A stretch of DNA of 64,000 bases from Amoebidium appalachense (GCA_963693365.1 CAVNZM010000014.1:62001-126000); one strand, 5' to 3'; shown: positions 12,145-33,681, numbered from the stretch's first letter. Numbers and translations are program-made. Notes: generated by a model not told the origin, from the letters alone.

Positions 12145-13260
12145 TTTCTCTTTCCCTCGCGCTCTCACTCCACAAATGGAACGAACCTCTTTCACTTAGT
12201 CTTTCTTCATCCACACTCAATCCTCCGCCATCCGCAACCATCCGCCGTGTCTACACTCTTCCAAGGTATGTGTGCGTGTTATCTATGCAACCATGATGAT
12301 TGTAGAGGGTTTCGGGGTTGGATACGTGTGATTTGGGTGCTTGGTTGTTTTTTTCTGTACGATGCGGACTTCTTACGATGTGGGTCATCTGCTCGGTGTT
12401 GGAGGGGTAGTTTGTCGATGGTTGTTACGGTGTTACTAATGAACTTGTTTGTCAGACTGTGAAGCCTCTGAGGACACCTATTCACACATTCCAACACTTG
12501 GAATGAATAAAATATGATTATACAATCTGCAATTCTGAGGCTACAAGTAATGCTTTCATGCTCTCCTGCCTGCCACGACTTCAGCTCTAACTTGCTGTTT
12601 CTGTTTGTACAGTTCGAGCTTCTACCGGTACTGGGCAACGGCGGGCTGGACAGCGTCGGACTGCTTTTGAGTTGGCAGCATCGTGACTTATTACCCTTGT
12701 TTCCTGACTCTTCCCTCCCACAACTTGCCGCCTCCCTTGGAATCGCTCTCTTGCTCGTCCCCCCTTCCGCACCCCCTCTCCCTTCCCTCGCCCCTCTTTT
12801 GCGCTCGTTCCCTAAACCTCCGTTCTCCCCCTGCCCGCACCCAATACACTCTATCCTGCCTGCTGTTGCATGTCAGGTTTATTTTCTCGGCTGCTGGTCA
12901 GTCTGCCGTCCTCTCAAGCTTACGGTCTGCAATGAGCTTTAGGGTGTGACAAGCACGCGGGCTACGGCCCTGACAATAAACTGAGATAAGCAAATGTCAG
13001 GGGGAATGCGCTGTTAATTACGTCAGGATGCACACCACACTTTGTGGTCAGCCGTGGAACCTGCAACACTGGCTTGAATGGAGAGTGCACACCCTTGCTC
13101 TCTTGTCTCTGCAACACTTATGCTTGAAACAGTTCTGTGAACATTCGTGCCTTGTTGGCCCAATGAGGGCTGCAAAGCTCAGGGTGTTGCTTCTGCTTCC
13201 AGCTAAGTGCATACGTGGTACAGGTCACTGTGTAAAGGACCTTAGTCCAGTATGAGTTCA
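12145..13260 (+). ncRNA. Candidate spliced, highly structured long non-coding RNA (exon 1 about 12145-12265; exon 2 from 12613 to about 13260)
   Basis: Donor AAG|GTATGT at 12265/12266, branch-site CTAAC at about 12586 and acceptor TGTACAG| at 12612. No credible ORF. Multiple nested helices with G:U pairs on the + strand. Confidence 0.5.
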
Positions 13261-13429
13261 AATCTAAAGTGTGCAGCACACAAACACACGGTGCACCATG
13301 TATAAAGCACAGCCGGGGCTCTATAAAGCAAGGAAAAACTATGTACACCAGTCGAGAACATCACCGGGAAGACCTGTCGTGCATATAATTTACGGGCCAC
13401 CACGGCACCCCTCTGCCGACATTGCTTGC

Positions 13430-18284
<4,855 letters not shown>

Positions 18285-19094
18285 ACTGGTGTGTCGTGTC
18301 CAAACGAGGCAGAGGGGGCTGGTGGGTATACTGCTAGGGTCTTCTGGTGTTTCACCACGCGAGTTGCGGAGGACTGACTAGTCTAGGAAATGCTGTAAGA
18401 TGAATTGCAAATGAAAGAAGGTGATGCTCAGAGAGACTAATACAGTGGCTAAAATAAGAAGTAAGAAACAAGTTAAATAAGAAAGTAATAAGGCAGGTAA
18501 GCAAGTAATAAGTAATAATGTTGATCATAACCACTACCGACAATTTACCGTGTGTTGGAATTATAACCATGTTACCACTCGAGCAGGTGGAGTTACGTAA
18601 CAACTTTGGGCTGGGCAGAATTTACTTCGCTCAGCAATTATCCAATCAAACACATGGCTTCCGGGGTCAACGCTTCAGACTGTACAGTGGCGAGTCCCCG
18701 TACAATCGTCATTTTCTTCGGTCGAATTTGCCCACCAATACCCCGTCATCAATCGTAAATACGGTTTGTGTAAATCGTAAATACGATACTTATTCACCGC
18801 ACTGCAAACCCTGATTCCATGAACTGGAAGGCGCCATGGGCTTGGCGGTGCTGGCAGACTGAACCCACTTGCTCAGAAGGTGCTTTTGAACACTTTCCAA
18901 GGCAAAACCCACAGAGCATTTTCCCGATGCTTTCTTCTCCTAGTTCTCTGTTGAAGCAGACACATACGCATTATACATGTAGAAACAATTAAACCTATCA
19001 GAAACCAAAAAGCACGAACTCATTTGTCTTCATTTCCACACAATTCCAAAAACATCAGCAACTTGCCAACTGAAATGTGCCACTGTCTTACAAC

Positions 19095-20605
19095 ATGGAC
19101 CCCAACATGAACCTCATCATGAGCTCCCCCACAGCAGTCTTAAGACTTGCGGATGACTTTCTTTCCCAGCTGGACTCCCAAGCTGCCTTCAACCCCTGTT
19201 TTTTCACAACGGCAATGAACACTGCACCCGTGCAGAGTCAAGTGATAGGCAACTCCCCACTGATGCTGCAACTCGCACCTGCTCAGCTCCCAGACCATGG
19301 GCGAACAGATTTCGAGGACTCATGCTACAGCCACCAGGCCTGCCCCGTACACGCTGACTAAAGGGCCCAGTACGTATGCAGTGCAACCCAAGATGAAAAC
19401 CCAGGACACACGCACCGGCCCTGGCAGCACTCCCTTGGTTGGAGGACTGAAGAAGGAGGAGGGTTCTTCCGGCACGACTTTCAGCAACCCCGCACACGTG
19501 AAGGTCACTCATTCACCACTCATGGCGGCACCCAAACACCAGGCTAGAGCTCCTGCGCCATACACAACCAAGAAGCAGACGATGCCAACGAAATACGAGC
19601 CCAAGTTGAGGACTCAAGACACCAAGGTTACCACCAGCCCCAGCACAACCTCGTTTGCTGCCACCACCGGCAAGGAGGCGTCTCCACTCACAACTTTCAT
19701 CCCTGCGCAGATGCAACATGCACATGCACCGTTCATGGCGGCACCTAGATATCAAGCTAGAGCCCCCGCCCCCTACGCAACAAAGAAACAGGACACGAGT
19801 TTCAGGACGAAGCATGAGCCAAAAGTCAAGACACAGAGCACCATGGCCAACGTCAGGCCAATGCCAGTCACCATCAAGACACCCGATGTTGGGGGCATGA
19901 AGGAGGGGGTGTCTTCACGCAGTGCCACGACTGGAAGGTACGAGATGTTTGCTCCGATGGCATGTGTCGCCCCTCCTATGGAAGGGTGTGTCTATTTGGG
20001 TTTAAACACAATGGCATGTGCATGTGTCCTGGTAGCATTGAACAAGGCTTATTATTGTTGAAAGGTCATGGCGTTGCACAAACCCTAACAATACCTTTTT
20101 CTAATTTTATTTTATCACGTTTTGTTCCCGGAGAGCCTTTTCAGGCCCTCTAGGGAAACTACCGTCTACCACACAGCACCGACAGTACTAGCTAACAATA
20201 CCTCGAAGACCAAAAACTACTGTGCGACCACAACTGTTTGACTTGCATGAGCAAGCTAGTGTAGTAGTGACCCACATCTTCCATCCACGCAGCAGCGAGG
20301 AGACCTATCTCACGCCACTGCACACCACGCTCACGGCACTGCTAGAGGACCCCAAATGGAAAGCATACGATGAAACAAAGAAAAACAAGGTGGGGACAAA
20401 GAGGCAGACGGTGGAAGGGTACGTGCGGTGGGCACGCACAGAGGGGCCCCTCGACACAGAGAATATGATGGCCCTGCACTTGGTGTGCATCAACGAGGCA
20501 GTGCAAACACAGCAATTGCTCATGGCATATCCCTCGGACAGAGACGCAGATGCATTACGGTATCTCTACACACATACACACACAAAAACAGACATGCGCA
20601 CACAG

Positions 20606-20703
<98 letters not shown>

Positions 20704-21712
20704 AAACAGATAGAGACAGACATGTGCACACACGTGTGCGTAAACGTGCACACATGCAAACACACGGACTCAGCATGTGCAGACATGCACTGAGGCATCC
20801 TGAGACAATAATATGTAATAGTATCTCCACAAAAATACAATGAGATGCAAATCACAATAATGCTAACTTGCTTGAAAGAGTTGCCCCATATGCAGGCAGA
20901 GTGACTTACTCAAACTGACGTTATATAATGAAACCATGATTGATTGATTGCGTCATTTTGACAGCAGGCCGTGAAGCTTATTAAGTACCGACCTAGCCCT
21001 CATCATTATTAGTATCGAACATTCGCAATAACCAGCGAAACCTGTTTGTACCATTATTGGTTTTCATCACTGTAAGAGTGGTGATTCCATGAACAAAAAA
21101 CGCGCATTTATATTCCATTGCTGGTATGAATACTATTTTACAACAAACAACAACATCCCCCCCCCCCCCCCCCTTTCTTCCGGTGCATGTGCGGCCACAC
21201 GTACTATGGCAACCACTTCTTAGCTAACCCGACGTTCCCACACAACCACACAGACTTACCCGTGAGCTCACACACACCACCAAAGACCTCGTCAACAATG
21301 CCGCCCCCTTCAAGCACAGCCTAGCCACCAACAAGCAAATGCCCAAGTGCACGACAAATGATGTCGGCAGCAAGTGGCACCTCCTAGAAGACAAGCTGGA
21401 TCGAGCACGGAGGGCGCTGAATCGTGCCAAGGAAACAGTCGATGTCCTGAAAAGACAGCTCAGGTATGAAAAACTCATATAGACCCCCCCCCCCCCCCCC
21501 CCCCCGCCCCCGCCCCCTCCCCCCCCCCCCACCGGTACCCCGGTGTTGACGGCAGCTTATACGATTGTCCTTGCCCATGTATGGTGGGGTCTGATTTTAT
21601 AGAAAATACGCAATCGCCATAAAAGGAAAAACACGGACACACCTCAGACATTTCCTAAAAAGAAACCTAAAACTTTCAATTGCTCCTTCACCTCCCCCCC
21701 CCCCCCACCCCC

Positions 21713-21747
<35 letters not shown>

Positions 21748-23393
21748 AGGCCGCTTCGCCTGTAATCCCCAAAAGATACCGAACACAACGCACCGCCACT
21801 ACTACCCTTACCGGTCTCTCCAGCATGCACACACACCAATTTCAATGGCCCACCCACCCCTCTCACCACCCACCCTATCTGCCACCTAACCACCCACCCC
21901 CTTCCCTTTACAGTGAGTCCAAACACCTCCTTCTCCACAAGCCCACCACCCCTTCAGCAACCCCTCCCTCCGCAAACAGCAACGGCAGCACCCCGCAAAC
22001 CCTCGTCTCTACCCCCCAGCCCACCCCACCGACTCCAACTGGTGGGTCTGGAAGCTACACAAGTCCGATGTCGTCCTGGGATGATGAGAGGTATGAACAG
22101 CAGCCCCCCCCCCCCCCCCCCCCCCCCCAAACACACAAACACACAAGCCCACTCCCATCCATTGTTGGTGTCTCCCCAGGTCCATTTTCCGGTTTGTCTC
22201 TCCCTCCCCCTTGCTTATTCCTAGACCCCCATTCTTATCCCTCCCTCCCGTCCCCCTCCTCCCTGCGTTTCTTCTCCACATACCTCCACCCACGCCCGCC
22301 CGTACCCACACCCACACCCAAACACCCACCCCAACGTCAATTCTTCTTGTATAAGCTTGTTACCCTTCAAACCATCTCAGAAGTAAAAGATACGAGTAAC
22401 CAGCCCACCCCCCTAACCCACCCACCATTTGGCTGCAGCGTTCTCAACAGGTCGCCCTCGGCCTACTCCACCACCCCTACCCCTCTGTCAACAATGAAGT
22501 TGATCACATGAAGTATGTTCCTGCTGCCAAATCAAAGCAAGTGAGAGAGACGCAGGTATATGTGTGCATTTTTGCATATCTTGCTTGCAACAACAAAGTT
22601 TCCAAACACTATGTCTGAGCCAATACACTCTCTAATCAGCCTCTCCTCCCGTCAGCAATAATACAAAACAGACACGCTATCTTGGCTTTCCACCCCGAGT
22701 CCCCTACCGGTTTTCATACTAGTATACTAACAAAGCGATCAATCCAAGCACCTAATCATAACAAACCCACATTTAACTACACTGCCAGCCACATATCCCT
22801 AACCATGCCCGAAACACTCTCCTCAATACTCCAACAATCTAAAAGTTGACTCCCCGTCAATCCAGCTCATGTGCATTCTACTGCTTACCCGACAGCTTCA
22901 ACCGACCCCAAAACACCCACCCACATAACCAGAGACCAACTCCACGCCCCCTTTTATAAAGATCCGCCCGTGCCTGCATAAGGCCGTCCATCGTTATCCC
23001 TCTCCATTTCTCTCTCTCTCTCTCCTCCACCTCACCTCCCCAGCCCCCTCTCTCTCCCTCCCCCCCTCCCACCCCCTCTCCTCCCCCCACCGTCAAACCC
23101 CGCCTGCCCCTCCCCCCTGTGTCTCTCTCCCTAATCACCCTCCCCACGCCTTCCCTCCTTACCTAAAATAAAAATGTTTCTTGCAGGCTCGACGGCTGGC
23201 CAAACATCTAGAACAAGCTGGCACACACGGTAAAAGCAAAGCCAACTCAGCAGAAAGGGACGCCGCGACCTGGTACAGATGACAGAGGGGTGACGGAAAT
23301 TGAGCGGCGGAGGAAATTACGGAATTCAAAGCGTGGGTGGAAAACGCAGCCTATTGGACAAAGTCTCAACCAATCATAGCGTCAGTTTGCAAG
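19095..23393 (+). pseudogene. Disrupted multi-exon orphan gene with about three 71-aa internal repeats and a coiled-coil exon
   Basis: Exon-like blocks with GT-AG ends: 19095-19937, about 20145-20559, 21254-21463, 21914-22090, 22451-22555, 23187-23393. Frameshifts at about 19340, 20215 and 22480; in-frame TGA at 23280 and 23301. Confidence 0.6.
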
Positions 23394-24443
23394 GTATGCA
23401 TGCAGTTGAAAGATGAAGCATATGCATGTGTTCGCTTGTTTTCTCTGCTACATTATAACTAAAAATATTATGAGGATTTAAATTTTGTAGATGTTCATTA
23501 TAGTACTTGTTGATTGATTTGACCTTCTGACATTCGGCTGCGCCTTGTGAGTCCAGCTTCAGTTTCTATTCCACCAGCCTGGGGCTGCAGTTATCAGGGG
23601 TCGAACTGTACATTAGGTCTTGGAATCAGAATTACATGATATGATGGCCCTATGGTGGCCATATTTGTGCTAACAAATGTTTAAAGATGTTTTAAACATA
23701 TAACTTCTACATTTAGAGTTTTAAAAAAATCTATTTAGGAACCCTGAATCGCCGGCCTCTGGTTTTGCCTTGATTGCATTGCGGGCCAAATATAATCGGT
23801 TGGCCCTCTCACATCAATTCAAAGAACGACATGAAAACCAAAGTAGATATATATTTTATTCCAATATTTACATGCAATGAAGCTTTTTTATTCTATGTAT
23901 TTTTATTGTTCTGCGTCTCGGAATCCCTAAAGACCATCACCATAGCCGCACAATTATTCAATATAATGGCTCACATCTTTGATTCAAACGGCATTAGGGG
24001 TGAAGCCGAACTCTATCTAATTGGCTGTTAAACCCTAACTGAGGCCAAAAGTCTAAATAACCGTTCCTGTTCTGTCTTTTGATTGTTCGCATATCACACA
24101 TTTGAATACCGCATTCCATTGTGCCCCAAACAGACCATATATAACAGTGCCCCTGATGCCCTGACGTGGGTCATGTCATTTGTTTGTGCAATGTGCAGCT
24201 CAGCTGGAAGGAATACTTCGAAACTCAAACATGTGAAAGACGGAATCAAAAAATTAAACAGGCTATACAGACCGTTTCATAATAAACTAAGCAAACATTT
24301 CTGGCATGTCATAGGGGTTGCGTTCATATAGTTAGCAAGCATGCAACGTTTCCATTGATTTTGAAGGCGAGAGAGCACGCACGTAGTTTGGCTCAGTGTC
24401 AGTGGCACACATCCTGTCAGGCACCAGGCACCCCACCACCAGC

Positions 24444-28585
<4,142 letters not shown>

Positions 28586-28694
28586 TCACGTGGGGGGTCA
28601 CGTGGCATGCACGCGCTGGGATGAGGCGTTGTGTCACCCCCCAACAAATTTGCTACTCGTAGAAGGTTGGTGTGGGTGGACACGTGCAGGCAGA

Positions 28695-28729
<35 letters not shown>

Positions 28730-29530
28730 TGCGTAGGCAAGATTTTTGACATTTAAAGTGCGCAATTACGAAGGACGTGTACCTGCTTTATGTACACTAG
28801 ATGCTGTATGTAGAATGTTAAAAATAATGGGTGGTGGCGATTGGCTAGTGCCTGGTTGTTGACCAATCAGGGGTGCTGGTTTGCGAAGGTTTTATGGTGC
28901 ACGTAGGTGTGCATTATATTTTGCGACGCGATGGCCGGATATGGGTTCAATCTTACCCACAGGCCGTATCATAAGTTAATATTCATTGGTGGGTTTTAGG
29001 ATATTCTGTGATAGCCACTTCGGAATGGGTGGTGGTGCGACTCTATACGAGTTACATTTGGATGGTGTATGCACAGGTATGCGCGAGGCGAGTGTGTTTG
29101 TCATATGTGCCTTTCGTTTTTGAGGATGCCTTGGATTCAATTTGTCCCGATCGAGGCTCGAAGACGGCTTTTTTTTGCCTTTTTTCTTTTTTTTGTGGGT
29201 GGGTGATGAGGGTGAGGTGGTGGTGGGGTCGGGTGAAAGTTTATTTTATTTTATTTTTTTTTGGGGGGGGGGGGGGGGGGGGGGGGGGGGTATGGCATGT
29301 GCAGTGAGGGAGGTACAGGAAGTGCAGGCTGCTAGCGCACACTCTCGCTGCTAAATATAGTCACGTAGGCTATTTATAGGTGCACAGGGCACACTGGCTG
29401 GACCAGGGCACGTGCATGTGCAACACATGAATACATCCATTCTAGAATGCTCCAGCACGTGGACGGTGGAAAAAAGGTTTGTCTGACAACTTTGCGCCCC
29501 CATAGGCAGACCAGGTAATTACGGTGCATA

Positions 29531-29856
29531 TAACTATGTACATCTTGATTCTTTATAACTATGTACATCTTGATTCTTTATAACTATGTACATCTTTATT
29601 CTTTATAACTATGGACATCTTGATTCTTTATAACTATGTACATCTTGATTCTTTATAACTATGTACATCTTGATTCTTTATAACTATGTACATCTTTATT
29701 CTTTATAACTATGGACATCTTGATTCTTTATAACTATGTACATCTTGATTCTTTATAACTATGTACATCTTGATTCTTTATAACTATGTACATCTTGATT
29801 CTTTATAACTATGTACATCTTTATTCTTTATAACTCAGGTACATCTTGATTCTTTA
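29531..29856. repeat. Minisatellite, 13 copies of a 25-bp unit (taactatgtacatcttgattcttta)
   Basis: Tandem array read directly; variant order is AABC-AABC-AAAB-D. Confidence 0.97.
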
Positions 29857-29965
29857 TAAACCCGTTAAACACTATGTACATTTAGAGTAGGCCCTGATAA
29901 AAGCGCACCACCATAGAGCACATCGGCGGTGCAATCATGTTTTTTTCTAGCAGGCCCCCCCCCCC

Positions 29966-30450
29966 CTCTTCCTTCATAATCCTCGCATTCTCTCCCACCT
30001 CTATTTAGAAGATTGTGATTTCGGTCTATATCCCAAGACCAGCCTTCAACTCAACCCTGCCGGTTCCTTCCTCTCTGTCCCCTACCTCGACTTGCATATC
30101 ACCTGCACTAATCACGGCATTCACACAACCATCTACAACAAGCTCGACACACCCACATTCAATACACTAGACATCGTTCGTTTCCCACACCACGACTCAT
30201 TCATCTCCCGCACTGCAAAATACGGGATCATGACAAATCAAATGCATAGCTACCAGCGCAAATGCTCCACACTTGCTGCATTCACCACATGCACTGCACG
30301 ACTTGCTAAAACATTGCTTAACAAAGGCTACTCGTTTTATACTCTTGCACCACAAAATGCACAGCTTTCTCGCCACACCCGCACATATACCGTGGCGTTC
30401 ACTCCTCTCACATACTCTCCGTCATCACTAAAAAGATCAACACTCCCTAG
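29966..30450 (+). mobile_element. 5'-truncated, degenerate Penelope-like retroelement reverse transcriptase (end of palm plus thumb), Naiad/Chlamys-like
   Basis: LFLHNP...GLYPKTSLQL...SVPYLDLHI...IHTTIYNKLD...IVRFPHHDSFIS...KYGIMTNQMHSYQRKCS...F...LAKTLLNKGYS matches the PLE RT pattern YP..L.L / FLDL.I / IYdK / FP...S.I / YG...Ql..Y.R.CS / GY. The frame ends without a C-terminal GIY-YIG domain and is frameshifted near 30345. Confidence 0.75.
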
Positions 30451-30576
30451 TCCCCCACTCTATCCCGATCCCCCCCCCCCCCCCCCCCCCCTACCAGCCC
30501 CTACACCTCTCCCCCCCCCCCTCCCTCCCTCTCTCTCTCCCTCTCTCTCTCGCCCTCTCCCTCTCTCTCCCTCTCT

Positions 30577-30613
<37 letters not shown>

Positions 30614-30614
30614 G

Positions 30615-30647
<33 letters not shown>

Positions 30648-30905
30648 TGTGTGTCTCCCTCTCTCTCGATCTCTCTTTCGTTCTCTCTCATTCTCTCCCT
30701 CCCTCCCTCTCCCCCTCTCTCCCCCTCTCTCCCCCCTCCCCCCCCCCTCCCCCTCTCTCCCCCCGCTCCTTTTCCCAAACAATTCCCCCGCCATTCTTCT
30801 TTCTCAGCCGGCTAAGTTTTTGGGTTGCCTGGTAAGTTTTGAAATGAAGCTCTCGTCTCTGATCTGTCCACCACAGGGGTTTTTTTTTTTTTTTTTTTTT
30901 TCTTC

Positions 30906-30947
<42 letters not shown>

Positions 30948-31261
30948 CTCCCCTCCCTTCGCCCTTCGCCCTTCCCCGGCCTACTCCCCTCCCCCCCCCC
31001 CCCCCCTCCCCCCCTTCCCCTCCTACCTTCTTTCCCCCCTTCCCCCCCCCCTTCCCCCCTCCCCCCCCCCCTCCCCCCCTGGCCAAACCCTGTATACACT
31101 CTTCTCATCAGCAGGTTTCTAACCCACTCGCTGCAGAACGTTTTACGCATTTCTCCCCTGGGAGAACTTGGTCGTTGGTGTGTTTTTGTCTGATATCTAA
31201 CGACTCTGCAGGGTCCCCTGAGACTACTGACACTCTAACATTCCCTCCCCTCTCTTACTTC

Positions 31262-31299
<38 letters not shown>

Positions 31300-31510
31300 T
31301 TCCCCTCCTTCCCCTCCCATTACTCTGCACACTCAACAGGCCTTGACCAGCTCTGCACATCGTTAGTCACAATCTTCTCTCATATATGAGAGAATGATCG
31401 TATTGGTACGATTTGTCTAATATCTGACGATTCTGCAGTATCCGTAAGACCCCCCTCCCCCTCCCCCCCTCCCCCCCTCCCCCCCCCCCCCCCCCCCCCC
31501 CCCCCCCTTT

Positions 31511-31564
<54 letters not shown>

Positions 31565-32292
31565 GCGGCTGTTGTTTTGCTTGTCATTTGTTGTTCTGGT
31601 TGATTACCTGTAATCTTCGCTTATTTATGTGTGTGTGTGTGTGTGTGTGTGTATGTTGTGCGGGGTTGCACACACCGGTGTCTACTTTTCTTCCTACTGT
31701 TTTTCTCTCCACACACTTCATCTGTCCACTTCTGCATACCCCCTCTCATAGCTATAGACACACTTCACACATTGCGTTACGCGCACGCATGCACACACCG
31801 CTCTGTTGGCGACAGCTCCCTTGGAACCCATGCGGCATGTTACCCACCGGCGTAACATAACTCGGACTATCGATTTGGCTTCTTTCAAGCCCAAAGCCAT
31901 GGGTGATACCATATTTCCGGCTGACATCCGGGGGCATAGCTTTCCGTTCGAAGACGTTAAAGTTCCGCCCTAGTAAGCGTGTTACTACCCTGCCGTGTGG
32001 TCAAATCTCATATTTTCCCCTCTGATTGCGAATTCTGCGACCTTCGGGACTTAATTCTTTTCAGCTGGTGTAGTATGTTAGCCAGGGAAGTATCGACTTA
32101 GGTAGCGACGCGGGAGCTTCCTAGAAGCCCCGTCTCCTGAGTTCCTATCTATATTTTTCTTGCTTCTGCTTACTGCTGCAACTTTAACCCCCGGCCTTTC
32201 CCACTGCCCTTGCCTGCATGAGCAACCCTGCTCGTCTCTGATCAAGACGGGTGACCTACCCATGTTCAAGTGAAACAGTATCTGAGTTGGGG

Positions 32293-32456
32293 TTTCGTTA
32301 ACGAGGTGAATAGGTCGAAACTCGGGTACTGTGAATGACGTGGGCCCCCCCTGAGAATGGGCTCTGCTTATTATGCATACTCTTTATGTATGGCTTGCAT
32401 TCTGCATCGTGTTATCCGTTTGTTCTTGTGTACTTCGTACTTTTTGACGCATTCAA
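32293..32456 (+). mobile_element. Poly-C-inserted short retro-element family, copy A (may extend upstream to about 31800)
   Basis: Homologous to 40836-40997 and 33682-33828(-). Stem-loop gggccc-ccc-ctgagaat-gggctc at 32342-32364; 3' end gcattcaa|C-run. Confidence 0.75.
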
Positions 32457-32458
32457 CC

Positions 32459-32489
<31 letters not shown>

Positions 32490-33681
32490 AAAAAAAAACC
32501 CACCCACCCACCCTCCCTTCCCAAAAAGGGGGGAGGGCTTGTACCACAGGCACGTGCACATAAACAACACCAGCATTCCCTCCATATCAAGTGGCTGTGC
32601 GTCTGAGCCATCTATGTTCGTCCCCCTCCGTGTGTGTCCACGTGTGTATGTGTGTGTGTGTGTGTATGTGGGTACATGCGTGTATGTGTTTGTGTGAGTG
32701 GTGTGCATGTGTTTGTGTTGACATGTGTGAGTGGCTTGTGAACCCATCCGTAGTGCCTAGAATCCCCTTGCAACTTGCTAACATGTGGGACCGGTGCCAT
32801 TGTGTTTGTTCAAGCAAAGGTCAAATGACAACGTTTTGCACACCGTACACCAAAACTACATACGAGTATCACCCATCATTACGTTACATACCCAACCACA
32901 CACAGGCACAGGCACAGGCACAGGCACACACACACACACTCTCTCTCTCTCTCTCTCACCACCCCACCTCCATTCAGTTCTGTCTCGGGACCACAGGCAC
33001 CGGGTTCAACCTATGATGCGCATAGAACTGCGCCAGCTGTGCCATTGCCTGTGCATGTGCCTGTGCTAGTGCCTCCCTCCTCCGTGCCTGTTTGTCTGCC
33101 AACTCCCTTCCCTCCTGCGCATGCCGTGCCTTCATCTCTTCTTCCTTCTGTCTCCCATCCACCTCTACCTTATCCTTCTTGCTGAACCAGCCCCCCTTCT
33201 TGTCCTCTATCTTCTTTCTCAGCTTCTCCCTCTCCTTCTTGTGTCTCTTCTCCATGCCCTCTGTCTCCGCCACCTCTGCTCTGCGCATGTCGGTCACCTC
33301 CATGGCTTGGAATCGCTCCGTGACTTGCTGTGGGGAGTGGAGAAGAAGGGCCGGGGGGGGGGGGGGGGGGGGGAGGGGGGGGGGGGGTAATGAGATTAAG
33401 CGGTGGAGTGGAGACGGGCAGGGGGGGGGAAACGGTGAGCTGTGTGCGTGTGCGCGCGCGTGTGTGCATCTGTGTGCTTGTCTGTATGTATGTGTGCGCC
33501 GATGAGTGTGTGGGTTTGTGTGCATGTGCGCAAGTGTGTGTGTGCACGCCGGCGCAGAGAGCATCTCACTCGCTGCCTGTGCTTGTGTGTGGCCAGTCTT
33601 GTGAGGCTGGGGCGGGAGGATGTGTGTCTATGTTTGTAAGAGGGGGGAAGGGAGGGAGGGGGGGGGGGGGGGGGGGGGGGG

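Noticed and set aside
13225-13250. Group I intron S-like motif (aaggaccttagtcc)
   Set aside because: There is no matching R/P7 partner at a sensible distance, and the segment is explained by a local hairpin.
29531-29856. CRISPR-like array
   Set aside because: The units are contiguous with no unique spacers, the context is eukaryotic and there are no cas genes.
31095-31115. CTGATGAG on the minus strand near the PLE fragment
   Set aside because: No stem II-GAAA follows.
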